DNA from: Sulfuricurvum sp. 17-40-25
GTDB taxonomy: Bacteria; Campylobacterota; Campylobacteria; Campylobacterales; Sulfurimonadaceae
Direction of reading: 5' to 3'
Length of the DNA stretch: 64,000 nucleotides
Assembly (NCBI GenBank): GCA_002282015.1
Contig: NCIJ01000005.1
Coordinates: 598 to 64,597 of the forward strand
The position numbers and the translations under genes were made by a program. Position 1 is the stretch's first letter, and each line of letters starts with the position of its first letter. Shown here in pieces: positions 55,728-64,000 of the stretch. The notes under the pieces were generated by a model. The model did not search any database and had not been told where the DNA came from. It saw only the letters and a program-made list of their open reading frames with translations.

Positions 55728-56323
55728 TGCGCTTTCCTCAAACTTTCTAACGCTTCATGTGCATCGCTCATCTGGCTGTCTAATTCCAGGGCTTTAAGAT
55801 ACATCTCTTCAGCTTGTTTATTCTCTCCTAAATCAACCAATAGATTTGCATAGTTATAATACGTCACCGCATATTCATCATCAATCATCAAGGCTTTCTC
55901 GTAATGTTCTTTTGCCAAGACCAACGAGCCGTTGGTGCGATACAAAGAAGCCAAAGCATTATGGGTTAGATCATCATTCTCGTCCATACCCAACGAGCGA
56001 TTGTAGAGATCTATGGCTAACTGTATATCACCGCGTTTTGCATGCACAAATGCTAATTTATTTAAAATCTCAATATCGTGCGGTTGTGTCAGATAGGCGG
56101 CTCCCAATTTTTCCTGTGCCGTTTTCAAGTCTTCATTTTGATACGCTTCATCCGCTTCTTCAACAAGTTGATTTACCTCTGAGATTCCCCCTGATTTTTC
56201 ATCATTCACCTGAGGACTGTCTTCCAAAGATTGAACATGCATGTATATTTGATACGCAAAATACAGTGTCGCTGCAAACATAATAATGGCAAAAACGCTC
56301 ATAAAACTCCCTTTTGTTATCAA
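55724..56323 (-). CDS. Membrane-anchored TPR-repeat protein
   Basis: N-terminal TM helix (VFAIIMFAATLYFAYQIY), then TPR-like repeats (AIDLYNRSLGMDENDDLTHNALASLY.., YEKALMIDDEYAVTYYNYANLL). The real start may be the ATG at 56302. Confidence 0.75.
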   Translation of the reverse strand: MITKGSFMSVFAIIMFAATLYFAYQIYMHVQSLEDSPQVNDEKSGGISEVNQLVEEADEAYQNEDLKTAQEKLGAAYLTQPHDIEILNKLAFVHAKRGDIQLAIDLYNRSLGMDENDDLTHNALASLYRTNGSLVLAKEHYEKALMIDDEYAVTYYNYANLLVDLGENKQAEEMYLKALELDSQMSDAHEALESLRKAQ

Positions 56324-56366
56324 AGTATAATATAATCACGTAAACATAACAATGATGGTGCCCAAA

Positions 56367-58466
56367 ATGTCTACTAATTTAAAAGATCCAGCTCTCTATA
56401 TTAACCGTGAACTTTCATGGCTACAATTTAATACGCGCGTACTCAAGCAAGCAGAAGAAGTGTCTCTGCCTTTGTTTGAACGATTAAAATTTTTAGCCAT
56501 CTATGCCACCAATCTTGATGAATTTTACATGATCCGTGTGGCGGGCTTGAAAAAACTTTTCAGTGCCGGGGTCAATGTATCGGGGGCTGACCGATTTACC
56601 CCTTTGCATCAACTTCGTGAAATACGCCAATATTTACACAACGAGCAACAAGAGGTTGAACACTGTTTGCAAGGGATCATGACAAATCTTGAAAAAGAAG
56701 GGATCTTTTTCAAGTCATACAAAGAAGTAACTCAAGCACAACGCCAAATCCTAAACCGTTATTTCTATGAAAACATTTATCCGGTTATTGTCCCTATTGC
56801 CGTCGATGCTACCCACCCTTTCCCCCATTTGAACAATCTCAGTTTTGGTTTGATTGTCAAACTGCGTGATAAAGATGACGCTAATATGGAGCGCTATGGA
56901 ATCGTACGTATTCCCAGAGTATTACCACGATTTGTGGATATCGACAACCGTATTTATATCCCTATTGGAAGTATCGTATCTGAACATATCCATGATCTCT
57001 TCCCAGGCTATGAACTGATCAAATTTGCCGCTTTTCGTGTCACTCGAAATGCCGACATCGCCATTGAAGAAGAGGAAGCCGACGACTTTATGGAAATCCT
57101 CGAAGAGGGGCTAAAGCTTCGAAAAAAAGGGGAATTGGTTCGATTGGAGCTTAGTAACCATGCGGATGATGATTTGCTCAATTTCTTTAACCGTCATGCC
57201 AACGTGTTCAAAGATGATATTTATCGTTTTCAAACCTATCTCAACTTGGGAGCGCTTTGGGAGGTCGTCGGTAATAAAGAATTTGCACATTTGACCAGCC
57301 CTAGTTTCAAACCTCGTAATCTTCCTCCACTCAATTCTGAAGAGAATTTATATGCCATTTTAGACAAGCAAGACCTCCTTTTATACCATCCCTTTGAAAG
57401 TTTTGAACCGGTTGTTCGCCTCATCCAAACCGCAGCCAAAGATCCTGATGTTGTCTCGATCCGTATGACCTTATACCGTTCAGGCTCTAAATCGCTGATT
57501 GTCCAATCCCTCATTGCCGCAGCAGAATCAGGTAAACAGGTCACGGTCATGGTAGAGCTTAAAGCCCGTTTTGATGAAGAAAACAATCTGATCTGGGCCA
57601 AGGCACTTGAGGCTGCTGGAGCCCATGTTATCTATGGGATCACCGGATTCAAAGTCCATGCAAAAGCAGCACTCATCACTCGCCGTGTCGATGGAAAACT
57701 CAAACAATATGCCCATTTGGGAACAGGAAACTACAATCCCTCAACCGCTACGGTTTATACCGATATTAGCTACATGACCTCTAACGATGCCATTACCCAT
57801 GATCTGACCCGCTTTTTTCACTTTCTCACCGGATTTAGCAAAAAAGGGAAGCTTAATGAACTGTATATGGCTCCTACACAAATAAAACCGAAGATCCTTT
57901 CGTTGATCCAAAACGAAACACGCATGGGCTCTGAGGGGGTGATCATTGCCAAAATGAACTCGCTCGTAGATGGAGACATTATCAAAGCGCTCTATAAAGC
58001 ATCTATGGCTGGTGTAAAGATCCAGCTTATCATCCGTGGAATTTGTTGTCTGCGGCCTAATATACCCGGTGTCAGTGACAATATTCGTGTCATTTCGATC
58101 ATCGGAAAATATTTGGAACATGCGCGTATGTTTTATTTTAAGCACTCTAATCCACAAACGTATATCAGCAGTGCCGATTGGATGCCGCGTAATCTGTTAC
58201 GACGCATTGAATTGTTGACCCCTATTGAGGGTGAAGAGGTCTCTGCAAAATTATTGCAAGTGTTACAGTTGCAAATTTCCGATAATGTACTGGCCCATGA
58301 GCTCCAAAATGACGGTACCTATGTCCAAGTAAAACATGAAAGCAGCAGTGTTATCAACACCCATCAAATAGTGGAAACACACACGACAAAAGTGTATAAT
58401 TCCACCAAAAAACAAGCTCCAAATTATGCCCAGCAACTCACTGCTCGGTTATTTAAAGAAAGTTAA
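56367..58466 (+). CDS. ppk1: Polyphosphate kinase 1
   Basis: YINRELSWLQFNTRVL, NLDEFYMIRVAGL, the autophosphorylated-His region KVHAKAALI, and two PLD-like C-domains. Confidence 0.94.
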   Translation: MSTNLKDPALYINRELSWLQFNTRVLKQAEEVSLPLFERLKFLAIYATNLDEFYMIRVAGLKKLFSAGVNVSGADRFTPLHQLREIRQYLHNEQQEVEHCLQGIMTNLEKEGIFFKSYKEVTQAQRQILNRYFYENIYPVIVPIAVDATHPFPHLNNLSFGLIVKLRDKDDANMERYGIVRIPRVLPRFVDIDNRIYIPIGSIVSEHIHDLFPGYELIKFAAFRVTRNADIAIEEEEADDFMEILEEGLKLRKKGELVRLELSNHADDDLLNFFNRHANVFKDDIYRFQTYLNLGALWEVVGNKEFAHLTSPSFKPRNLPPLNSEENLYAILDKQDLLLYHPFESFEPVVRLIQTAAKDPDVVSIRMTLYRSGSKSLIVQSLIAAAESGKQVTVMVELKARFDEENNLIWAKALEAAGAHVIYGITGFKVHAKAALITRRVDGKLKQYAHLGTGNYNPSTATVYTDISYMTSNDAITHDLTRFFHFLTGFSKKGKLNELYMAPTQIKPKILSLIQNETRMGSEGVIIAKMNSLVDGDIIKALYKASMAGVKIQLIIRGICCLRPNIPGVSDNIRVISIIGKYLEHARMFYFKHSNPQTYISSADWMPRNLLRRIELLTPIEGEEVSAKLLQVLQLQISDNVLAHELQNDGTYVQVKHESSSVINTHQIVETHTTKVYNSTKKQAPNYAQQLTARLFKES

Positions 58467-58477
58467 GAAGGATATTT

Positions 58478-59014
58478 ATGATCAGTAATTATTTACACTA
58501 TATTCCCCAGATGCAAGACCGCGTTTGGATTGCTCCATCAGCAGATGTTATCGGACGTGTTACGATGGGCGAAGATGTCAGTATTTGGTTTGGCTGCGTT
58601 GTTCGCGGGGATGTACACTTCATCACTATCGGTGACCGTACCAATATTCAAGACTTAAGCATGATCCATATAACCCACCACAAGCTCGAAGACATGAGCG
58701 ATGGGTATCCAACCGTTATTGGCAATGATGTGACTGTAGGGCATCGCGTTATGCTGCATGGTTGTACCATTGAAGATGCCTGCTTAATCGGGATGAGTGC
58801 CACTATCCTCGATGGTGCGGTTATTGGTAAAGAATCAATTGTCGGTGCGGGTGCACTGGTCACTAAAAATAAAATCTTCCCTCCCCGTTCGCTCATTATG
58901 GGAAGCCCTGCCAAAGTAGTGCGAGAGCTCACAAATGAAGAAGTAGCCGAATTGTATGCTTCTGCCAAACGATACGTAGCCTTCAAAGAAAACTACCGCG
59001 CGCCTAATGTCTGA
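58478..59014 (+). CDS. Gamma-carbonic anhydrase/LbH family protein
   Basis: Hexapeptide repeats with GDRTNIQDLSMIH and VGHRVMLHGCTIED. Confidence 0.85.
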   Translation: MISNYLHYIPQMQDRVWIAPSADVIGRVTMGEDVSIWFGCVVRGDVHFITIGDRTNIQDLSMIHITHHKLEDMSDGYPTVIGNDVTVGHRVMLHGCTIEDACLIGMSATILDGAVIGKESIVGAGALVTKNKIFPPRSLIMGSPAKVVRELTNEEVAELYASAKRYVAFKENYRAPNV

Positions 59015-59636
59015 ATTTAATCTCGTCGTTTTTGCCGATATTCTCGGGATTGTTGCTTTTGCCTTAAGCGGATTTCTCATCGGCGTGCGTCATAAACTCG
59101 ACTTATTGGGAATTATTATTGCGGCTTGTATCACTGCATTGGGCGGAGGTGTTGTTCGAGATGCCATTTTAATACGTACCCCATTTGCCTTTACGGAGTA
59201 CTACCCTGCCATTACCGTAATCGCTACTATTACGGTAGCCTTTGTGTTTCGTCTCTATCGCAGTGATCAACTGGAACGGAAAAGACTCTTTGTCATCAGC
59301 GATACGATTGGACTGGTGGCCTTTAGTATTACGGGAGCACTGTTGGCTATGGATGCCGGTTTTAATTTTTTCGGTGTCATTATCCTGAGCTTTCTCACAG
59401 CAGTGGGCGGAGGGGTAATACGAGATACGATGATCAATCAAGTCCCATCAGTTCTTGTAACCGATTTTTACGGTTCTATTGCGCTGATAGTGGCTATATT
59501 ACTACTGATTTCCAATAAGCTAATCGGTATACATACCATTCAAGTTGCCATTATCGCTGCATTTGCGATTATATTACGGCTTTTAGCCTATTATAAACAA
59601 TGGCATTTACCGCAACTTTCCTCGGATCATGAATGA
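59007..59636 (+). CDS. Trimeric intracellular cation channel (UPF0126/YadS) family membrane protein
   Basis: Two repeats carrying TALGGGVVRD and TAVGGGVIRD; seven TM helices. Confidence 0.82.
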   Translation: MSEFNLVVFADILGIVAFALSGFLIGVRHKLDLLGIIIAACITALGGGVVRDAILIRTPFAFTEYYPAITVIATITVAFVFRLYRSDQLERKRLFVISDTIGLVAFSITGALLAMDAGFNFFGVIILSFLTAVGGGVIRDTMINQVPSVLVTDFYGSIALIVAILLLISNKLIGIHTIQVAIIAAFAIILRLLAYYKQWHLPQLSSDHE

Positions 59637-60496
59637 AAAAAATTTGGAAGATAACGCTTATTCTTTTGCTGTTAGGTGCAGTAGATATTGCTCGCTATTT
59701 TGTGTATCCCGATATTAATGCCCTCAAAGAAATACGCCCTGTTCCAACCGCTTTCATGCAATACCGTCAGGATGAATGGGCAGCTGAAAACCGTGATATG
59801 CAGATCACTCAAAAATGGGTGAATATGAGTAATATTTCGCCTAATATCATTAAAGCGGTACTGATCGGTGAAGATGACGGTTTTTGGAAACATGACGGTT
59901 TTGATGTCAAAGGGATGGAAAATGCCATTGAACGAAGTATTAAAAAGGGAACACTGGCAGGAGGAAGTACTATTAGTCAACAGCTCTCCAAAAACCTCTA
60001 CCTCTCCCCGAGTAAAAATCCTGTCCGAAAAATAAAAGAAGCGATCATCACATGGCGTATCGAAAAAACACTCAGTAAACGCCGTATTTTAGAAATCTAT
60101 CTCAATGTTGCCGAATGGGGAGATGGGATATTTGGTATTGAAGCAGCTGCACGTCACTATTATCACAAAAGTGCCAAGAACTTAACCGCTAAAGAGGCTT
60201 CACGTCTAGCAGCCGTATTGCCCAATCCAATCCGATACAATCCAACAGGAAACCAAAAATACGTCAAAAATCGTTCTCGTATTATCCTCAAGATCATGAA
60301 ACGCAGAGGGGTAATCCAATCCATCTATAAAGAGGTGATGACAATACCTAAGGCGGATACAACTGATTCATCCGAGACAAATACCTCTTTGGATTCACTC
60401 TTCAATATCCATGATGATGCTCCAGTAAGCCTTCCATCAGAAGAGAATGAACAAGTTCCCAGTGAATCTTCTAATCTAGAGGCCAATGCTTCCTGA
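59633..60496 (+). CDS. mtgA: Monofunctional peptidoglycan glycosyltransferase (GT51)
   Basis: GEDDGFWKHDGFD, GGSTISQQLSKNL, RILEIYLNVAEWG. Confidence 0.88.
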   Translation: MKKIWKITLILLLLGAVDIARYFVYPDINALKEIRPVPTAFMQYRQDEWAAENRDMQITQKWVNMSNISPNIIKAVLIGEDDGFWKHDGFDVKGMENAIERSIKKGTLAGGSTISQQLSKNLYLSPSKNPVRKIKEAIITWRIEKTLSKRRILEIYLNVAEWGDGIFGIEAAARHYYHKSAKNLTAKEASRLAAVLPNPIRYNPTGNQKYVKNRSRIILKIMKRRGVIQSIYKEVMTIPKADTTDSSETNTSLDSLFNIHDDAPVSLPSEENEQVPSESSNLEANAS

Positions 60497-60500
60497 TATT

Positions 60501-61763
60501 TTAAACTCGTATACGCTTGAGAACGCTCCATGCAATCAAGGACGAAAGTCCGATCAAATATGCCGGTGAATAGGGATTATGCGTCAATTCGACAAGGGAT
60601 GTCATAAGCGCAGGGGTAATACCACCTACAATTCCAGCGGCACTTCCTAAAATCAGTGCCGTAAATGATGCACGAAACCCATGATGGTCTATCCCCATGA
60701 CCGTAGCTGCAAAAATAGGGGCTTGATACGCACACAGTAAAACGACCATAGCCGCTGTTGCAATCAGTGCTCCCAAAAATCCACCATGAATCATCATATA
60801 CAAAAGTGGAAAAATAGTAACTGCACTCGATAATGCGGCTATCTTCATCACTCGAAGGGAACCTATTTTATCTGCTAACATCGCCATAAGCGGGATAAAT
60901 ACAACTCCCATGATGATTGAAAACGTATTGATCTGTCCCGATTGCATTTTACTCAAACCGGCACTTCCCTCAAGCCAAATTGGCAAATATATGAAGAGGG
61001 TATAGTAAAACATCCAAACAACGGATGCAACAATGAGAAACTTTCCAAAGACTTTACGATGGTGACGGAAGATAGCTACTATCGGAACTAACTTTTCTTC
61101 ACTTGGCTCATAATCATCAATCAACCCTCTACGTAGATAGATTCCAATCATCGCAATAAAGATACTGAGAATAAACGGGATACGCCAACCCCATTCACCC
61201 ATTGTATCTTCACCCAAATACCATAGTAATCCACCACATAAAGAAGAGCCAAGGGCCATACCTATCTTAGCCCCTACGGAGACAAATGAACCATAAAGAT
61301 TTTGCCGTCCCGCACCCGCTTGCTCTACGAGATAGACAATCGAACTGGCATACTCTCCGCCTACAGAGAGTCCCTGGATCATACGTAAAGAGACCAATAA
61401 AATAGGTGCCATGATTCCAATTTGAGCATAGGTAGGTAAAAAACCAATTAAAAAAGTGGGCAATGCCATCAATACAAGCGAACTGATCAAGGCAAATCGC
61501 CGCCCTACTCGATCACCAATATGCCCAAAAATAGCCGCCCCAACAGGACGCATAATCATACCAGCAGCAAAGGCACCAAAAGAGCCTAAAAGAGAGAGGA
61601 AGGGGCTAGTAGAGGGGAAGAAAAGGTTTCCCATCATGACCGCTAAAAAACCAATCAGTGCAAAATCATAATACTCAATGATATTACCGATAATACCCGC
61701 AGCAATAATTTTTTGCTTGGGATTAAACAATCCACCCACCACCAATAAGTTTATCGCCGTCAT
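60501..61763 (-). CDS. MFS transporter (metabolite:H+ symporter-like)
   Basis: 12 TM helices. IEYYDFALIGF and GHIGDRVGRRFAL (MFS loop 2-3 motif). The start is uncertain because the ORF overlaps the mnmA 3' end. Confidence 0.82.
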   Translation of the reverse strand: MTAINLLVVGGLFNPKQKIIAAGIIGNIIEYYDFALIGFLAVMMGNLFFPSTSPFLSLLGSFGAFAAGMIMRPVGAAIFGHIGDRVGRRFALISSLVLMALPTFLIGFLPTYAQIGIMAPILLVSLRMIQGLSVGGEYASSIVYLVEQAGAGRQNLYGSFVSVGAKIGMALGSSLCGGLLWYLGEDTMGEWGWRIPFILSIFIAMIGIYLRRGLIDDYEPSEEKLVPIVAIFRHHRKVFGKFLIVASVVWMFYYTLFIYLPIWLEGSAGLSKMQSGQINTFSIIMGVVFIPLMAMLADKIGSLRVMKIAALSSAVTIFPLLYMMIHGGFLGALIATAAMVVLLCAYQAPIFAATVMGIDHHGFRASFTALILGSAAGIVGGITPALMTSLVELTHNPYSPAYLIGLSSLIAWSVLKRIRV

Positions 61764-62742
61764 AAAAAACGCCAGCTTGTCCCGCTGCGATTCCTAAGAC
61801 AGGTGTCTCCAAAGTGACTTTTGCTCGTTCACCCTCAATGATTACGTGGCAGTTGACTGCTTCTGTACGATAACGAAGCTTGACCGTAGAATCAAACTCT
61901 TTTCGTTCATCAAACATATTGATGTTTTCCAGTTCAACGTCATAACACTCAAGCGCTTCGCGTGGACCTACTACAATTTGATTCGTTTTAGCTCTGATCT
62001 CAACAACAAAATGGGGATCATGTGCACCATGTACCGTAAATCCTTTACGCTTACCAATGGTGTAATGCATGTAGCCTTTATGTTTTCCGACTACATTACC
62101 CTCTAGATCAAGAACATCCCCTTCTTGATCCACATTTACATACGGCTTTAACACATCCGCATACGTCGTCTCTACAAAGCATATCTCACTGGACTCGCCC
62201 TGCGATGCAAAAGATTCCAACCCTTCGATGCCTGCTGCATACGCTTTGATATCGACTTTATGTTTTTCACCTAGTGGAAAAAGCAACCGCGGTACTAACG
62301 TTGGATTGATGTAAAAAAGGAAGTAGCTTTGATCTTTGGTATCATCATGTGCTTGAAGCAAATATTGCCCGTCATGTCGAATATAATGACCTGTAGCAAT
62401 AAACTCAGCCCCTATACTGTCTGCGAACTCCACCATAGACCCAAATTTTATATTACGGTTGCACAAGGCACAAGGGTTAGGCGTTTTACCCTCTTGATAC
62501 GTTTGGATGAAGGGGGTAAATACTTTTTCATTGAATCGTTCTTGTAAATCCAAAATATGTAACTTTACACCTGCAAATTCAGCCGCTTTTTGCGCTCTGG
62601 CTTGATGGATCTCATGATAACCAGGTTTAGAATGAAGTTTCATGTAAACCCCTTCTACCTCATAACCTTGCTCTTTTAACAGTAACGTGGATACGGTTGA
62701 ATCAACCCCGCCACTCATTCCGATCAATACTTTTTTGGCCAT
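61723..62742 (-). CDS. mnmA: tRNA 2-thiouridine(34) synthase
   Basis: PP-loop GMSGGVDSTV, CALCNRNIKF, DQSYFL. Confidence 0.94.
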   Translation of the reverse strand: MAKKVLIGMSGGVDSTVSTLLLKEQGYEVEGVYMKLHSKPGYHEIHQARAQKAAEFAGVKLHILDLQERFNEKVFTPFIQTYQEGKTPNPCALCNRNIKFGSMVEFADSIGAEFIATGHYIRHDGQYLLQAHDDTKDQSYFLFYINPTLVPRLLFPLGEKHKVDIKAYAAGIEGLESFASQGESSEICFVETTYADVLKPYVNVDQEGDVLDLEGNVVGKHKGYMHYTIGKRKGFTVHGAHDPHFVVEIRAKTNQIVVGPREALECYDVELENINMFDERKEFDSTVKLRYRTEAVNCHVIIEGERAKVTLETPVLGIAAGQAGVFYDGDKLIGGGWIV

Positions 62743-63527
62743 TAATCCTCATCCTTATCACAGATTGGTCTGTTATCAAAATAAGAGGAAAGGACTTTAT
62801 AATACTTCGTATCATCCAGACCTTCTTTTTCGAGTATCGCCACTTGTGCAACCAATGATTTTTCAATTTCATGTACGACAAAATCAAGATCATCGGTCAA
62901 AGTTATAAGCTTCAGATCTTTTTCATCGATCATCCCCTCAGCCAACATCTTGTCTCTCATAAACTGCATAAGCGGGGTATAAAATTCTGTCCCAATGACA
63001 AATAGATGAACTCCCCAGACTTTTCGTGTTTGAATCAGTGTCAATGCTTCAAACAACTCATCAAGCGTTCCGAAACCTCCGGGAAAAATAACATACGCCA
63101 TCGAGTATTTAACCAACATCACTTTACGGGAAAAGAAATAGTCAAAACTTCGCCCTTTGGTAATATACCGGTTTGGGTCTTGTTCTTCTGGGAGTTCGAT
63201 GTTTAGTCCGATGGATTCAACATCTTCGTGCTCAAAAGCTCCCCGATTTGCAGCTTCCATAACACCCGGTCCACCTCCGGTTATAATATTAAATCCTCGC
63301 TCACCTAACATGCTGGCCAATTGTGTTGCCTGAATATAATAAGGATGATTTTCATCCACACGCGCGCTTCCAAATATTGTCACTGAGGGGCCAAGGTCTC
63401 CTAGCTCATCAAAACCTTGTACAAAATCGGCAATGATCTTAAAAACACTCCATACATCACCGGATTTGATGTCCTTTACGTAGCGATTGCTTTGATACTC
63501 TTTTTTTTTCGATCTTCCGTGTCGCAT
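62742..63527 (-). CDS. LOG-family (TIGR00730-type) nucleotide phosphoribohydrolase-like protein
   Basis: GGGPGVMEAANRGA and PGGFGTLDELFE. Confidence 0.85.
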   Translation of the reverse strand: MRHGRSKKKEYQSNRYVKDIKSGDVWSVFKIIADFVQGFDELGDLGPSVTIFGSARVDENHPYYIQATQLASMLGERGFNIITGGGPGVMEAANRGAFEHEDVESIGLNIELPEEQDPNRYITKGRSFDYFFSRKVMLVKYSMAYVIFPGGFGTLDELFEALTLIQTRKVWGVHLFVIGTEFYTPLMQFMRDKMLAEGMIDEKDLKLITLTDDLDFVVHEIEKSLVAQVAILEKEGLDDTKYYKVLSSYFDNRPICDKDED

Positions 63528-63529
63528 GC

Positions 63530-64000
63530 TTAGCCCTTAAGCTTTGTAAGACGATCTCGCTTACTGCCTATAGACGTAATCTGAACTCCAAAGTTTCCAT
63601 CTACAATGACCACTTCGCCTTGCGCAATTACATTATCATCTACTAAAATATCCAATGGATCATTGGCTAACTGATTGAGTTCAATAACCGAACCGATATC
63701 CATACTCAAAACATCTTTTAAAAGCATTTTTTTCTTTCCTATTCGAACACGTACCGGAAGTTTGACATCCAAAATAAGACCGATATTTTTCATCTCTGTA
63801 TCATCGAGTTTACGCTGGGGTCTTTGAGAATCTCCACTTGATGGTACATCAGAAGTAGAAGATGATGCATTGTTGGTTGTCACAACACTTGGCCCTTCCA
63901 ATGCTTCCACAATTCCCGAATCAATAGCAAACATGATTAGTGAGTTGATAGATCCTAAGCTAAAAGTAAAGACATACATTTTGGCATAACCGTCTAAGTC
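63530..64000 (-). CDS. fliY: Flagellar motor switch protein FliY/FliN (N-terminus lies outside the window)
   Basis: C-terminal SpoA/FliN domain IGSVIELNQLANDPLDILVDDNVIAQGEVVIVDGNFGVQIT. The frame stays open upstream of the ATG at 63979 to the window edge (DLDGYAKMYVF..). Confidence 0.85.
   Translation of the reverse strand, partial: DLDGYAKMYVFTFSLGSINSLIMFAIDSGIVEALEGPSVVTTNNASSSTSDVPSSGDSQRPQRKLDDTEMKNIGLILDVKLPVRVRIGKKKMLLKDVLSMDIGSVIELNQLANDPLDILVDDNVIAQGEVVIVDGNFGVQITSIGSKRDRLTKLKG

Noticed and set aside
55846-56283. 145-aa ORF antisense to the TPR gene
   Set aside because: It is a shadow frame. The TPR reading frame has coherent repeats and operon coupling, and this one has neither.
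57236-58157. 121-aa and 138-aa ORFs antisense to ppk1
   Set aside because: Both lie inside ppk1 on the opposite strand and carry no motifs or RBS.
63501-63509. A9 tract in the 5' end of the LOG-family gene (also A8 at 4201-4208 in the methyltransferase) as phase-variation sites
   Set aside because: A/T homopolymers of this length are common in AT-rich genomes and encode Lys runs. Nothing here indicates variability.
1-64000. CRISPR arrays, tRNA/rRNA/tmRNA genes, IS elements, integrases, prophage modules
   Set aside because: I inspected all intergenic gaps larger than about 60 nt by eye. I saw no cloverleaf-like or repeat-spacer structure and no transposase or integrase-like ORF. This is a visual negative only, so tRNAscan, Infernal and ISfinder should confirm it.

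Overview
64-kb chromosomal window from a moderately AT-rich Campylobacterota (epsilonproteobacterial) genome. The taxon is inferred from gene content and order: truB-csrA-ispE-smpB, waaA/HP0958-like Zn-ribbon/Nif3, leuS-secF-secD-yajC/lnt, and fliY. I support about 67 protein-coding genes. I found no rRNA, tRNA, CRISPR array, transposase or integrase. The backbone is housekeeping: rho, murI, dnaX, cspA, rlmC, mfd, folC, lptE, leuS, secDF-yajC, lnt, a biotin carboxylase, cysK, uvrD/pcrA, truB, csrA, ispE, smpB, the rpsP-KH-rimM-trmD-rplS operon, ffh, waaA, ppk1, mtgA, mnmA and fliY. Four accessory patches interrupt it. (1) 3.6-5.4 kb holds an operon of a divergent ADP-ribosylglycohydrolase-family protein and a stand-alone OvoA-C-terminal-like methyltransferase. 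(2) 6.0-8.4 kb holds small ORFs, a HEPN/MNT toxin-antitoxin pair and an Mrr restriction enzyme. (3) 10.4-19.0 kb holds a rearranged PNAG (pga) exopolysaccharide locus. Here pgaBC and pgaD are separated by an opposite-strand operon (CE4 deacetylase, DUF1566, MBOAT, DltD-like partner), and a short beta-barrel candidate stands where pgaA is expected. (4) 23.2-28.2 kb holds an AT-rich defence-type island between mfd and folC. It contains an Abi_2/HEPN gene and an MmeI-like type IIG R-M enzyme whose stop overlaps the start of an N-terminally extended DUF3800 protein. I rate that coupled pair the best candidate for an undescribed system. Three genes are disrupted: ygjP-like (frameshift in a G5A4 tract), secF (frameshift) and a corA-like gene (in-frame TAA). 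A 63-nt GC-rich nested palindrome sits in-frame inside the type IIG gene. All family assignments come from reading motifs by eye and need HMM/BLAST confirmation.
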